A stretch of DNA of 64,000 nt, taken from positions 1 through 64,000 of the IMG/VR virus record IMGVR_UViG_3300047357_000359; one strand, given 5' to 3'. Below, in pieces: positions 55,834 through 64,000 of the stretch (within the stretch, counting starts at the first letter, position 1; every line of letters starts with the position of its first letter). The notes beneath the pieces were generated by a model that was not told the DNA's origin, searched no databases, and saw nothing but the letters and a program-made list of their open reading frames with translations. A program made the position numbers and the translations under genes. This DNA comes from a virus.

Positions 55834-56169
55834 ATGAGGATACTCCTGTTACTTGGACTAATCCTCGGAGTGTCGGCTTGTAGCACGACACCTCCTTTGG
55901 GTAAAACTCAGATGCAGTATTGTGAAACAGATCAAATCATTAAAAAATCTAATGATAAAACTGTTAGCAGTGAAACGACACTTACCTGTTCAGACAGCCC
56001 AGTAAAGAAGTTGATTCCTCCTAAAATGGGATTAGGATCTAACTGTAGAGAACACTGGTATTCCGTTAATATTAATGGCAAGATGGTTGAAAGAAAAGGC
56101 TATGCTTGTTTATTCAAAGGAAAAGATTATGAGAGCTCTCGTTGGTATATTGTTGATAGCCCTTACTAG
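55834..56169 (+). CDS. Cys-rich lipoprotein
   Basis: Lipobox VSAC. Confidence 0.75.
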   Translation: MRILLLLGLILGVSACSTTPPLGKTQMQYCETDQIIKKSNDKTVSSETTLTCSDSPVKKLIPPKMGLGSNCREHWYSVNINGKMVERKGYACLFKGKDYESSRWYIVDSPY

Positions 56170-56557
56170 TGCATGTAGCACAACTGGGTCTGACGTAACA
56201 ACTTCTCAAACTACTAATGCAAGTGTACAGTCAACATATCAGCCTAATAATGGATATGTTAATATATTAGTAAACGTTACTAAATGGCATTGGTATAGAC
56301 TTCCAACTGAAGACCGTATGAAACAAGAACGAGCATTGTTCTTTGCACTAGATAACTCTGAAAACGGACAAACAACTAGTTGGTATAATAATACTACAGG
56401 AACAAATGGTGTAGTACAAATATTATCTACATTCCCACAAGGGTCAGGTTATTGTAGAACTGTAGTGACACGTTTACACTACAAAAGTAAAGAACGAATC
56501 TTCAAAGAAATTGCTTGTAAAGAATCAGGACACCCAGGTTGGCGGTTTCAAACTTAA
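56129..56557 (+). CDS. Lipoprotein with 17-kDa surface antigen-like (RT0821/Lpp0805) domain
   Basis: Lipobox TSAC; AL.....G....W.N..TG..G...YCR...AC....W. Confidence 0.75.
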   Translation: MRALVGILLIALTSACSTTGSDVTTSQTTNASVQSTYQPNNGYVNILVNVTKWHWYRLPTEDRMKQERALFFALDNSENGQTTSWYNNTTGTNGVVQILSTFPQGSGYCRTVVTRLHYKSKERIFKEIACKESGHPGWRFQT

Positions 56558-56615
56558 ATAGTAACTTAATTAACAATAAAAAGGCAGGTAAATAGTGTAT
56601 ACAAAAGGAAACCAT

Positions 56616-58580
56616 ATGTTAATAGGAATACTAACTTTTTTATCTGCTATATCTATATCAGCAGTAGCAATATATTACTCCATAGCAGGACTAGTGGCTA
56701 TCTTTGCCGCGGCGGCTATACCTATTATGATTATGGGTGGTGTACTTGAAGTTGGTAAACTTGTTACCGCAGTATGGCTACACAGGTATTGGAGTCAAGC
56801 AACATGGTGGCTTAAAACTTATTTAAGTATAGCTGTCGTAGTACTCATGTTTATTACAAGTATGGGTATTTTTGGTTTCTTAAGTAAAGCTCACATCGAA
56901 CAAACAAGTGCAGGCGAAGAAAGCATTGCAAAAGTAGAACAAATTGAAAATGAGATTGTAAGACTTAATGCAGTTATTGATAGAGCTGATGATAAAATTG
57001 AAGCATTAGAAACTAGTGGTTCAGGTAGTGACGCTAACATACAATCACAGATTGATAAAGAACAAGATCGTATTGACAAAGCATTTGAACGTATCAAACC
57101 TGCTATTGAACAACAGAACAAAATTATTGAAGACGCTAGAGAAACTGACTCAGCACGTACTAAACCTTATGAAGAACAACTTGCAACTATTAGTGCAGAA
57201 GTCCTTCGTTTAGAAGCTAGTGCAAGAGAGTACGAAGATAAGATTGCATCACTAGAACAAGATACAAGTGCAGTACAACCATTATTAGATAGTATTGATA
57301 CTATTGAAGCAGAGATTATTCGTGTTACTAATCAACTACAATCAACAGAACAAAGCGAAGTAAGAGCAGGCCAGGCTATCATTGGTGTAAGTAGTGATGG
57401 ACTATTTGGTGGCAACACTCGTTCAGCTCTTGCTAAATGGGTCAAAGCTCAACGTGATAGAATTACACAAATACAAAATGATGTATCTCAACTACGTGCT
57501 GATGCTAAGAAAACTGTTGACATGGAACGTTTCCGTTTAGGCAACGTAATTAAAGATATTAGAGAAAAACAAATACCTGCACTCAAAGAACGTGAACTTG
57601 TAATGCTAGGTAAGATTGACGAAGTACGTCAAACAGAATCTCCTGTTATACAGACAGCAAGAGATGAAATTAATAGACTACGTCAAAGTGCTGAAGATTC
57701 AGTTAAGAACAGTCAAGAACTAATTGAAAGACTACGTTCTCAATTAGCTGACACAAGTAATGCAGATGATATTGATGCACAAGTTGAAGAACAACTAGCT
57801 AAGATTAAAAATGCTGAAACAGAACTAGATACTATTATTGAAGAAAAATATAAACTACAAGGTGAGTATCGTCAGTTAGAAGCAGAAGTAGGACCTATCA
57901 AATACATTGCTGAATTTGTTTATGGCGAAACAGCCGATAACAATATGCTTGAAGAAGCAGTACGTTGGGTTATTATAATTATTATATTTGTATTTGATCC
58001 ATTAGCAGTATTAATGCTTATTGCTTCACAGTATACATTCCATTGGGTAAACAGTGGTAGTACAGGTGGAGGCGGCCGCCCAAAGTCAGACGAGGACGAT
58101 CCACAAGACGATCCTGAGTTTGAAGATGTTAGCCCAGAAGAACTAGCAGAAGAAGAACGTAGGGAATACGAACAAGCAAGAGCCCAAGCTATTGCTGACA
58201 ATGTTCCACCAGACTTTGAAAAAGAAGAAGAACCAACTAAGAGTGAACATAGTGATCAATTATTATTGTTCCCAGACATTGACCCAGAACCTGTAGTACC
58301 TACAAAAATTGAAACTCCTGAAGTAGTTGCTGACCCAAATCAATTAGAGCTTGACTTTAATAAAAAACCTAGTCAAGAAGAACTTAATAACGAGATGATT
58401 GAAACGGACGATCTAGATAAATGGAATGACTGGGTAGAGGCCGCTAACAAAGAAGCTGAATTAGAAGTTACCCAACTAGGTGAAGGCGAACAAGGTACTA
58501 GACAAAAGCTACCTCAAAAAAAAACTTCGTACATAACCAAAGTAGAGAACAAACAAGTCAGACTCAAGACTCAAGAATAA
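56616..58580 (+). CDS. Inner-membrane protein with long coiled coil and acidic tail
   Basis: N-terminal TMs (YYSI.GL..IF, LEVGKLV, ITSMGIFGFLSKAH), coiled coil, EVGPIKYIA...IFVFDPLAV. Confidence 0.85.
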   Translation: MLIGILTFLSAISISAVAIYYSIAGLVAIFAAAAIPIMIMGGVLEVGKLVTAVWLHRYWSQATWWLKTYLSIAVVVLMFITSMGIFGFLSKAHIEQTSAGEESIAKVEQIENEIVRLNAVIDRADDKIEALETSGSGSDANIQSQIDKEQDRIDKAFERIKPAIEQQNKIIEDARETDSARTKPYEEQLATISAEVLRLEASAREYEDKIASLEQDTSAVQPLLDSIDTIEAEIIRVTNQLQSTEQSEVRAGQAIIGVSSDGLFGGNTRSALAKWVKAQRDRITQIQNDVSQLRADAKKTVDMERFRLGNVIKDIREKQIPALKERELVMLGKIDEVRQTESPVIQTARDEINRLRQSAEDSVKNSQELIERLRSQLADTSNADDIDAQVEEQLAKIKNAETELDTIIEEKYKLQGEYRQLEAEVGPIKYIAEFVYGETADNNMLEEAVRWVIIIIIFVFDPLAVLMLIASQYTFHWVNSGSTGGGGRPKSDEDDPQDDPEFEDVSPEELAEEERREYEQARAQAIADNVPPDFEKEEEPTKSEHSDQLLLFPDIDPEPVVPTKIETPEVVADPNQLELDFNKKPSQEELNNEMIETDDLDKWNDWVEAANKEAELEVTQLGEGEQGTRQKLPQKKTSYITKVENKQVRLKTQE

Positions 58581-58682
58581 GACCTGACTTTACTGAAGTA
58601 ATAGAACCAAACTATAAACAAAATTCAGAACAGAGCCAGAATAGTGTTTGGCAAACAATCCACAAGAATAAGTAATATTACT

Positions 58683-59114
58683 ATGTCTAAGCCAACAGTA
58701 AATCTAATTACCTCACCTGACAAGTTATTAAACGATAACCTTAGTTTCTTATTGCTTAATCCGTCTGTTACAGTTAAAGAACAATTTAACGATATGTTAA
58801 AAGAACTTTCAGACGCACCTATCAATTTGTATCTTTCGGAAGACGAGAATGACATTGCTTGGGTACTAGACGTTGCTCAAAGTGTTAACTATATTATTAT
58901 TGATATTGATAACACTAAAGAGTCGCAATGGATAATTGGTCATTTGTTAAGTTTTGATAAAACATATTACTTGACAAACCAGGCAGAGATGCAGTATAAT
59001 ATACTTAATATCAATAGAGTTTATGATATTAGACAGATAGCAGAAGGAGAAAACTATTTTGTCAAAGTACAGCAACGACAGGCCAAAGACGGGTCTAAAA
59101 GTAGAAGTGCGTAA
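58683..59114 (+). CDS. Hypothetical protein
   Basis: MSKPTVNLITSPD... Confidence 0.7.
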   Translation: MSKPTVNLITSPDKLLNDNLSFLLLNPSVTVKEQFNDMLKELSDAPINLYLSEDENDIAWVLDVAQSVNYIIIDIDNTKESQWIIGHLLSFDKTYYLTNQAEMQYNILNINRVYDIRQIAEGENYFVKVQQRQAKDGSKSRSA

Positions 59115-59298
59115 TGGTGACTTTGCAGGGGCTTTAAGAAAGTTCAAAAAGAAAGTTGCATTAGAAGGTGTGTTGATCGAATACAAAGAAAAACAACACT
59201 ATGAGAAGCCAAGTTTAAAGCGAAAGAAAGCCAAGGCGGCTGGACGAGCTAGACACTTGAAAGCGATGAGAGAACGTAATAAAGAACTAGGATTTTAA
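59059..59298 (+). CDS. rpsU: Ribosomal protein bS21
   Basis: V.VRNG....ALRKFKKKV..EG.L.E.KEKQHYEKPS.KRK; TTG start after AAGGAG. Confidence 0.92.
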   Translation: MSKYSNDRPKTGLKVEVRNGDFAGALRKFKKKVALEGVLIEYKEKQHYEKPSLKRKKAKAAGRARHLKAMRERNKELGF

Positions 59299-59299
59299 T

Positions 59300-59902
59300 A
59301 TGAGTTTAAAAGCTGACCTTTGGTTTCCATCGATTGTATTTGCAGGTTATGTAGAATCAATTGATAGAGATTCATTAAAACAAATTGCTCTTGCATGGCA
59401 GGCAAAAGAACCTAACCTTGGTGGCAACAGTAATATGAATGGTTGGCATAGTCGCAGTATTGAGAACATTAATTTAGTTGATCCTAACTATGTGTTTGCT
59501 CTTAATACGTTTGTAAAAGAACTAGATGCACAAGTAGACTACTGTCGCAAAACTATGGGACTACCTGAATTAGAATTCCAAAACTTCTGGATTAACATTA
59601 ATGGTCCGGGAGCATATCATACATTACACAACCACCAAGATGCTATGTTGAGTGGTGTATTTTATATAGACGTTCCTGCAGAGAATATGGGTGACTTACA
59701 ATTTTTTAGAGGCGATGATGCACAGTATTATATTCCAGATAACTTTGATTCATATAATACAATAACAAGTACAATGGCAACGTATCCTCCAAAAGACGGA
59801 ATGATAGTAATCTTTCCTAGCTGGGTCAAACATCAAGTTAAATCAAACCAAAGTGATTTGCAACGGATTGCAGTCTCTTTTAATTACGGAGTTAAAAAGT
59901 GA
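59300..59902 (+). CDS. TIGR02466-like 2OG-Fe(II) oxygenase
   Basis: FPS, SN..GW.S, WININ..G..H..HNH...SGVFY, IFPSW..H.V..N...RIAVSFN. Confidence 0.85.
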   Translation: MSLKADLWFPSIVFAGYVESIDRDSLKQIALAWQAKEPNLGGNSNMNGWHSRSIENINLVDPNYVFALNTFVKELDAQVDYCRKTMGLPELEFQNFWININGPGAYHTLHNHQDAMLSGVFYIDVPAENMGDLQFFRGDDAQYYIPDNFDSYNTITSTMATYPPKDGMIVIFPSWVKHQVKSNQSDLQRIAVSFNYGVKK

Positions 59903-61014
59903 GAATTGAACAAGACATTAAGTTAGACTATAAAGACGTACTGTTTAAACCTAAGAGATCAAAATTAGAAAGCAGACGTGATGTGGATCTAACTCGTACA
60001 TTTAGATTTCATCACGGTAATGAATGGACTGGTGTACCTATCATGTCAAGTAACATGGACGGTGTTGGTACATTTGAAATGGCCAAAGTATTACAAGAAC
60101 ACAAAATGCTTACTATTATGAGAAAGCATTACTCCGTTGATGACTGGAAAGAACAGAGTCAAGGTGTTAAGATGAAGTACCTAAGTGTTTGCACAGGTAC
60201 AGGAGTTATTTGGGATAAAGATGCAAAAGACTATGCTACTATGAAAGCAGTCTTAGAAATGTATCCAGACATTAAATTTATTACAGTTGATGTTGCAAAT
60301 GCTTATCATGAAAACTATGCAGACTTTATTGCACGTTTACGTGATGCATATCCAGACAAAACTATTATTGCTGGTAATGTTATTTCAGCAGAGATGACAG
60401 AAGAACTTATTATTAAAGGTGCTGACATTGTTAAGTGTGGTATTGGTCCAGGATCAGTATGTACTACACGACTAATGACAGGTGTTGGTGTGCCACAACT
60501 ATCAGGCATTATTGAATGTGCTGATGCGGCCAACGGTATTGGTGGACACATTATTGCTGATGGCGGTTGTGTGTATCCAGGAGATGTAAGTAAAGCCTTT
60601 GGAGCAGGTGCTCACTTTGTTATGCTTGGCGGTATGTTAGCAGGACACAAAGAAGGTGGCGGTAACATTATTACAAAACATACTGCAACAGGTGGTGCTC
60701 ACAAGTTAGACAACGGAACTTATGTTCCACGTTTTGAAGAACAAAACTTTGTTGAGTTCTACGGTATGAGTTCAGATGCGGCAATGGCAACACATGGTAC
60801 ACGTAAAGATGGATACAGAGGTGCTGAAGGCAAACTTGTTTCTATTCCTTACAAAGGAGAAGTAGAAGGTACACTAACAGAGATACTTGGTGGACTAAGA
60901 TCTACTTGTACTTACATTGGTGCTAAACGTATTAAGGACATGCCAAAGTGTACTACATTCGTAAGATGTACACAACAGGTAAATCAAGTGTTCAATCAGT
61001 TTAATGCAAGTTAA
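59899..61014 (+). CDS. guaC: GMP reductase
   Basis: LDYKDVL..PKRS, SNMDGVGT, DVANAY, GIGPGSVCTTR, ADGGC, FYGMSS, YRGAEGK. Confidence 0.95.
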   Translation: MRIEQDIKLDYKDVLFKPKRSKLESRRDVDLTRTFRFHHGNEWTGVPIMSSNMDGVGTFEMAKVLQEHKMLTIMRKHYSVDDWKEQSQGVKMKYLSVCTGTGVIWDKDAKDYATMKAVLEMYPDIKFITVDVANAYHENYADFIARLRDAYPDKTIIAGNVISAEMTEELIIKGADIVKCGIGPGSVCTTRLMTGVGVPQLSGIIECADAANGIGGHIIADGGCVYPGDVSKAFGAGAHFVMLGGMLAGHKEGGGNIITKHTATGGAHKLDNGTYVPRFEEQNFVEFYGMSSDAAMATHGTRKDGYRGAEGKLVSIPYKGEVEGTLTEILGGLRSTCTYIGAKRIKDMPKCTTFVRCTQQVNQVFNQFNAS

Positions 61015-61561
61015 ACATTTCAAAGAACCCTTTTATCATACGATTATATACGATTACTTTTCACCAAGTGAACTATCAGAAGTATGGCAAGAAATAGATG
61101 AGTTGCAACAGTATTGCAAGGACACTAGAGATGAAGGTGATCCTAGAGCAATGAATATGACTAGTGTGCATGTGGATAGACACTTTGCTGATAATCGTGG
61201 CAAAAGTAAAATCCTTAAACACAATAGAAAAATATTCAATTTAGAAGAAGAATTAAAAGAAAACATATTTTCACAGTTTATTTGGCAAAGTAATTTTGAT
61301 GTTACTCAGCTGAATATGTACGAAAATGGACTATACCATGGGCATAGAGATAGTGCAGTTATGTCAGCAGTTAGCTTGTTTTATAGGGAACCAAAGCCCT
61401 ATAAAGGCGGAGAACTAGTGTTTACGGAGCATCGTTACACACCTGATATAGTAAACAATAGCATTATGATATTCCCTAGTTTTGAGCTACATGCTGTCAA
61501 TCCTGTACAAGGACCAGGCAGATTTAGCCTAAATCAGTTCTTTTTTGTCAATATCTCGTAA
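61004..61561 (+). CDS. 2OG-Fe(II) oxygenase (prolyl-hydroxylase-like)
   Basis: Y..H.D...GGELVF...IFPS..LH.V..V...R. Confidence 0.8.
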   Translation: MQVKHFKEPFYHTIIYDYFSPSELSEVWQEIDELQQYCKDTRDEGDPRAMNMTSVHVDRHFADNRGKSKILKHNRKIFNLEEELKENIFSQFIWQSNFDVTQLNMYENGLYHGHRDSAVMSAVSLFYREPKPYKGGELVFTEHRYTPDIVNNSIMIFPSFELHAVNPVQGPGRFSLNQFFFVNIS

Positions 61562-61579
61562 ATCCGAGATAAATAAATG

Positions 61580-61667
61580 TGTACAAAGAGAAGAGCTCAA
61601 TGTACATGATGTGTCCAAAAGGAACATCGTAATATAAATCTTGCTTATTATAAGGAGAAACAAAATG
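61580..61667 (+). promoter_or_regulatory. ROSE-like RNA thermometer in hsp20 5' UTR
   Basis: TCTTGCT-TATTATA-AGGAGA hairpin with bulged G over the SD, preceded by two hairpins. Confidence 0.7.
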
Positions 61668-62123
61668 ACAAGACAAAGACTAACAACTCTAGACCTACCA
61701 CACTTCCACAGAGCAACAATTGGCTTCGACCAAATGTTTACCGAACTTGAAAGACAGTTTGCTAATAGCCCTAACGGAAATGGTTATCCCCCATACAACA
61801 TTGCACAAATCAACGAAGATGAGTATATGATCTCATTAGCAGTTGCAGGATTTGGCATGGACAACTTAGAAATCGAAAAAGATGGAAAGATGTTACGTAT
61901 TGAAGGGACTGCTCCTAAAGGAGATGACGAAGTTAATTACCTACACAAGGGTATTGGCGGACGCAACTTCCGTAGAGAGTTCACACTTGCTGACCACGTT
62001 GAAGTAGAAAGTGCAGGCCTTGAACTAGGTATGCTTAATGTACACTTAAAACGTAATGTACCAGAAGAACTACAACCAAAGAAGATTAAGATTGTAGATA
62101 ATTCAGTTATCGACAGTAAGTAA
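61665..62123 (+). CDS. ibpA: Small heat-shock protein (IbpA/Hsp20)
   Basis: IGFD, YPPYNI, LAVAGF, YLHKGI..R.F.R.F.LA, L..GML. Confidence 0.95.
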   Translation: MTRQRLTTLDLPHFHRATIGFDQMFTELERQFANSPNGNGYPPYNIAQINEDEYMISLAVAGFGMDNLEIEKDGKMLRIEGTAPKGDDEVNYLHKGIGGRNFRREFTLADHVEVESAGLELGMLNVHLKRNVPEELQPKKIKIVDNSVIDSK

Positions 62124-62130
62124 TCAAGTC

Positions 62131-62158
62131 TAGGGGGAGGGCAACTTCCCCCTAATTA
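62131..62158 (+). terminator. Hairpin after hsp20
   Basis: TAGGGGGAG-GGCAA-CTTCCCCCTA; weak U-tract. Confidence 0.55.
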
Positions 62159-62175
62159 CTACCAACGGAGCAAAC

Positions 62176-62487
62176 ATGATGATAAGTAATAGTATGGACG
62201 TAGAAATAGACGAAAAGATCAAGATTAAGGTTACTGAACCAAATATGTATAAAGTAATCTTCCTCAATGATAACGCAACCCCAATGGATTTCGTGATTGA
62301 GATACTTACTGGAATTTTTAGGCATTCGCCAGATACTGCTAGAGATATAACTATGGAGATACACGAGCAAGGCTCGTCTGTAGTTGGTATTTACAACTTT
62401 GAAATAGCAGAACAGAAAGCCGTAGAAGCAACCACTTTGAGTAGAAGTCATGGATTTCCATTACAAATCAAAGTGGAGCAAGAATGA
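62176..62487 (+). CDS. clpS: ClpS adaptor
   Basis: P.MYKVIFLND..TPMDFV..IL..IF...A...EIH..G..VVG.Y..EIAEQK...FPL. Confidence 0.92.
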   Translation: MMISNSMDVEIDEKIKIKVTEPNMYKVIFLNDNATPMDFVIEILTGIFRHSPDTARDITMEIHEQGSSVVGIYNFEIAEQKAVEATTLSRSHGFPLQIKVEQE

Positions 62488-63032
62488 GCTTAAAAGACCT
62501 TACTTGGGAACATCATAAGAACGCAGAAAGACAAGAATTTGTAAAAGTCTTAATGGGCGGAGATATTAGCCCTGAGACTTATGCTACATTTTTATTCAAT
62601 CAACACCCGTGTTATAACCTATTAGAAGTAATTGCTATGACACATGGATTGTTCGACGACATTCCTGAAGTGCGTAGAGCACCTCGTATCTTTGCAGACT
62701 ATGAAGAACTATGGGAAGATAAAGATAATACGCCAACGTTATTAAACGTAACAAAAGAATACACCGATCACATTATGTCTATTAAAGACGATAAAGAAAA
62801 AATTATGGCTCACTTGTATGTTAGGCATATGGGCGACCTAAGTGGTGGTCAAATGATTAAGAAGAAAGTTCCTGGTAAAGGAACTATGTACGAGTTCGAT
62901 GGAGAAGTCAACGACCTTAAAACAAAGATTAGAGCAAAGATACACGACGAGTTGGCTGACGAAGCTAAAATATGTTTTGACTTTGCAACTAAGGCATTTA
63001 AGGAAATGATGGAACACGAACGCAATGACTAA
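62484..63032 (+). CDS. Biliverdin-producing heme oxygenase
   Basis: LK..T.EHH..AE, AHLYVRHMGDLSGGQMI, EA..CF. Confidence 0.9.
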   Translation: MSLKDLTWEHHKNAERQEFVKVLMGGDISPETYATFLFNQHPCYNLLEVIAMTHGLFDDIPEVRRAPRIFADYEELWEDKDNTPTLLNVTKEYTDHIMSIKDDKEKIMAHLYVRHMGDLSGGQMIKKKVPGKGTMYEFDGEVNDLKTKIRAKIHDELADEAKICFDFATKAFKEMMEHERND

Positions 63033-64000
63033 CGTATCAAGTATTTGTATTGTTGGAGGTGGCACAGCAGGTTGGATGACAGCCGCTTATGCTTTATATA
63101 ACTTACCCAACGTAAACGTTACCCTTGTAGAAAGTCCTAACATTCCAACAGTAGGAGTAGGTGAAGCAACTATACTAGGCTTTGACCATTACTTAAAAGA
63201 CTGTGGCATTCCAATGGAGTTATGGACCAAGGCATCAGACGCAACTATTAAATGCGGAACATACTTTCCTAATTGGAAAGGCGACAATACAAATATTTGG
63301 CAACCGTTTTATTTTCCAGTAGGTACTAGTGACGAAGGACACATGGGCGACATTGTAAACTTAGCTCTTGATGCTGGTGCTACACAAACTGATATGGAAA
63401 CGTACATGTCATGGTACAACACTTGTATTACAAACAACGTTGTTCCAGAGAACACAAGTGTTAAAGGCGGCAACGCTCATGTAGGATATCATTTAGATGC
63501 TATCAAACTTGCAAACTTCTTATCAGAATATCTAAACAAAAAGTATACTAAACTAACACACATTAAAAAACATATTAGTAAGCCTGTAATTAATAAATGT
63601 CAAGTTGAAAAAGTTATATTAGAAGATGGACAAGAACTTGTTGCTGACTTCTTTGTTGACTGTACAGGATTTAAGAAACTATTATCAAACGCAATACCAG
63701 GTGCAGACTGGGTTGACAGAAGTCATATGCTGTTTACTAATGCCGCGGTTGCAAGTCAAATTGATTACGAAACAGATGACGAACCACAAGTACCTTATGT
63801 TACTGCACAAGCAACTGACCTAGGTTGGATATGGAAAACTCCTGTTAGAGATAGAATAGGTAGTGGGCTATGTTACAACAGTGACCTAACAACTAAACAA
63901 GAAGCAGAAGATCACTTTGTACAACATTGGGGAGAACATAGACTACGTACAGGTAAGTTTAACCACATACCGTTTGAGCCTAAGTATAATAGAAAGAATT
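63025..64000 (+). CDS. Tryptophan halogenase-like flavoprotein (runs off window end)
   Basis: MTNVSSICIVGGGTAGWMTAA, VGVGEAT, DATIK.G..F..W, YHLDA, DCTGF, GWIW..P...RIG.G. Confidence 0.88.
   Translation, partial: MTNVSSICIVGGGTAGWMTAAYALYNLPNVNVTLVESPNIPTVGVGEATILGFDHYLKDCGIPMELWTKASDATIKCGTYFPNWKGDNTNIWQPFYFPVGTSDEGHMGDIVNLALDAGATQTDMETYMSWYNTCITNNVVPENTSVKGGNAHVGYHLDAIKLANFLSEYLNKKYTKLTHIKKHISKPVINKCQVEKVILEDGQELVADFFVDCTGFKKLLSNAIPGADWVDRSHMLFTNAAVASQIDYETDDEPQVPYVTAQATDLGWIWKTPVRDRIGSGLCYNSDLTTKQEAEDHFVQHWGEHRLRTGKFNHIPFEPKYNRKN

Noticed and set aside
1-64000. Stop-codon reassignment
   Set aside because: Conserved genes are full length under code 11 and end at expected positions in TAA, TAG (nrdA, yqgE) and TGA (ugd, clpS).
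1-64000. Cyanophage assignment (glnA riboswitch, heme oxygenase, hsp20, NtcA-like palindrome)
   Set aside because: ALA synthase, the alpha-type tmRNA T-loop, DUF1127 and ROSE point to alphaproteobacteria, and there are no photosynthesis genes in the window.

Overview
This is a 64-kb segment of a large, AT-rich, T4-like tailed phage, probably marine. The host is very likely alphaproteobacterial: the window carries Shemin-pathway ALA synthase, a permuted two-piece tmRNA with a GGCAGUA T-loop, DUF1127 proteins and a ROSE thermometer. Layout: (i) 1-830 is non-coding, with TAGTGA repeats. (ii) About 960-11065 is a minus-strand early block of small genes behind about ten near-identical sigma70-type promoters, and includes tRNA-Ser(ACT). 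(iii) About 11-31 kb holds auxiliary and host-derived genes (hemD-like, yqgE, thermonuclease, Fis-like HTH, hemA, ybaN, a DUF1127 operon, alkB, ugd, prs, HNH, PiT-like transporter, speD, lipase, iscU, a catalytic-domain-only AsnRS paralogue) and tRNAs Trp, Asn, Thr and Gly. (iv) About 31-39 kb is a late cluster of probable head/internal proteins. (v) About 39-64 kb holds 2OG-Fe(II) oxygenases, an exonuclease, a beta-helix virion protein, nrdABC, a PAAR-M15 peptidase fusion, a porin, a cold-shock protein, tmRNA, a Rieske-less MsmA-like subunit, lipoproteins, bS21, guaC, hsp20, clpS, heme oxygenase and a truncated tryptophan-halogenase-like gene. The most striking signals are at the RNA level. 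First, a Trp-codon leader peptide with antiterminator and terminator sits directly in front of tRNA-Trp, which looks like attenuation control of a tRNA gene. Second, a minimal AsnRS-like gene lies 6 nt from a 100-nt tRNA-Asn with a very long variable arm, a candidate dedicated synthetase/tRNA pair. Also present are an A34 tRNA-Ser, a glutamine (glnA-type) riboswitch and two A9-run -1 frameshift candidates. All protein family calls come from motif recognition by eye; no database searches were run.
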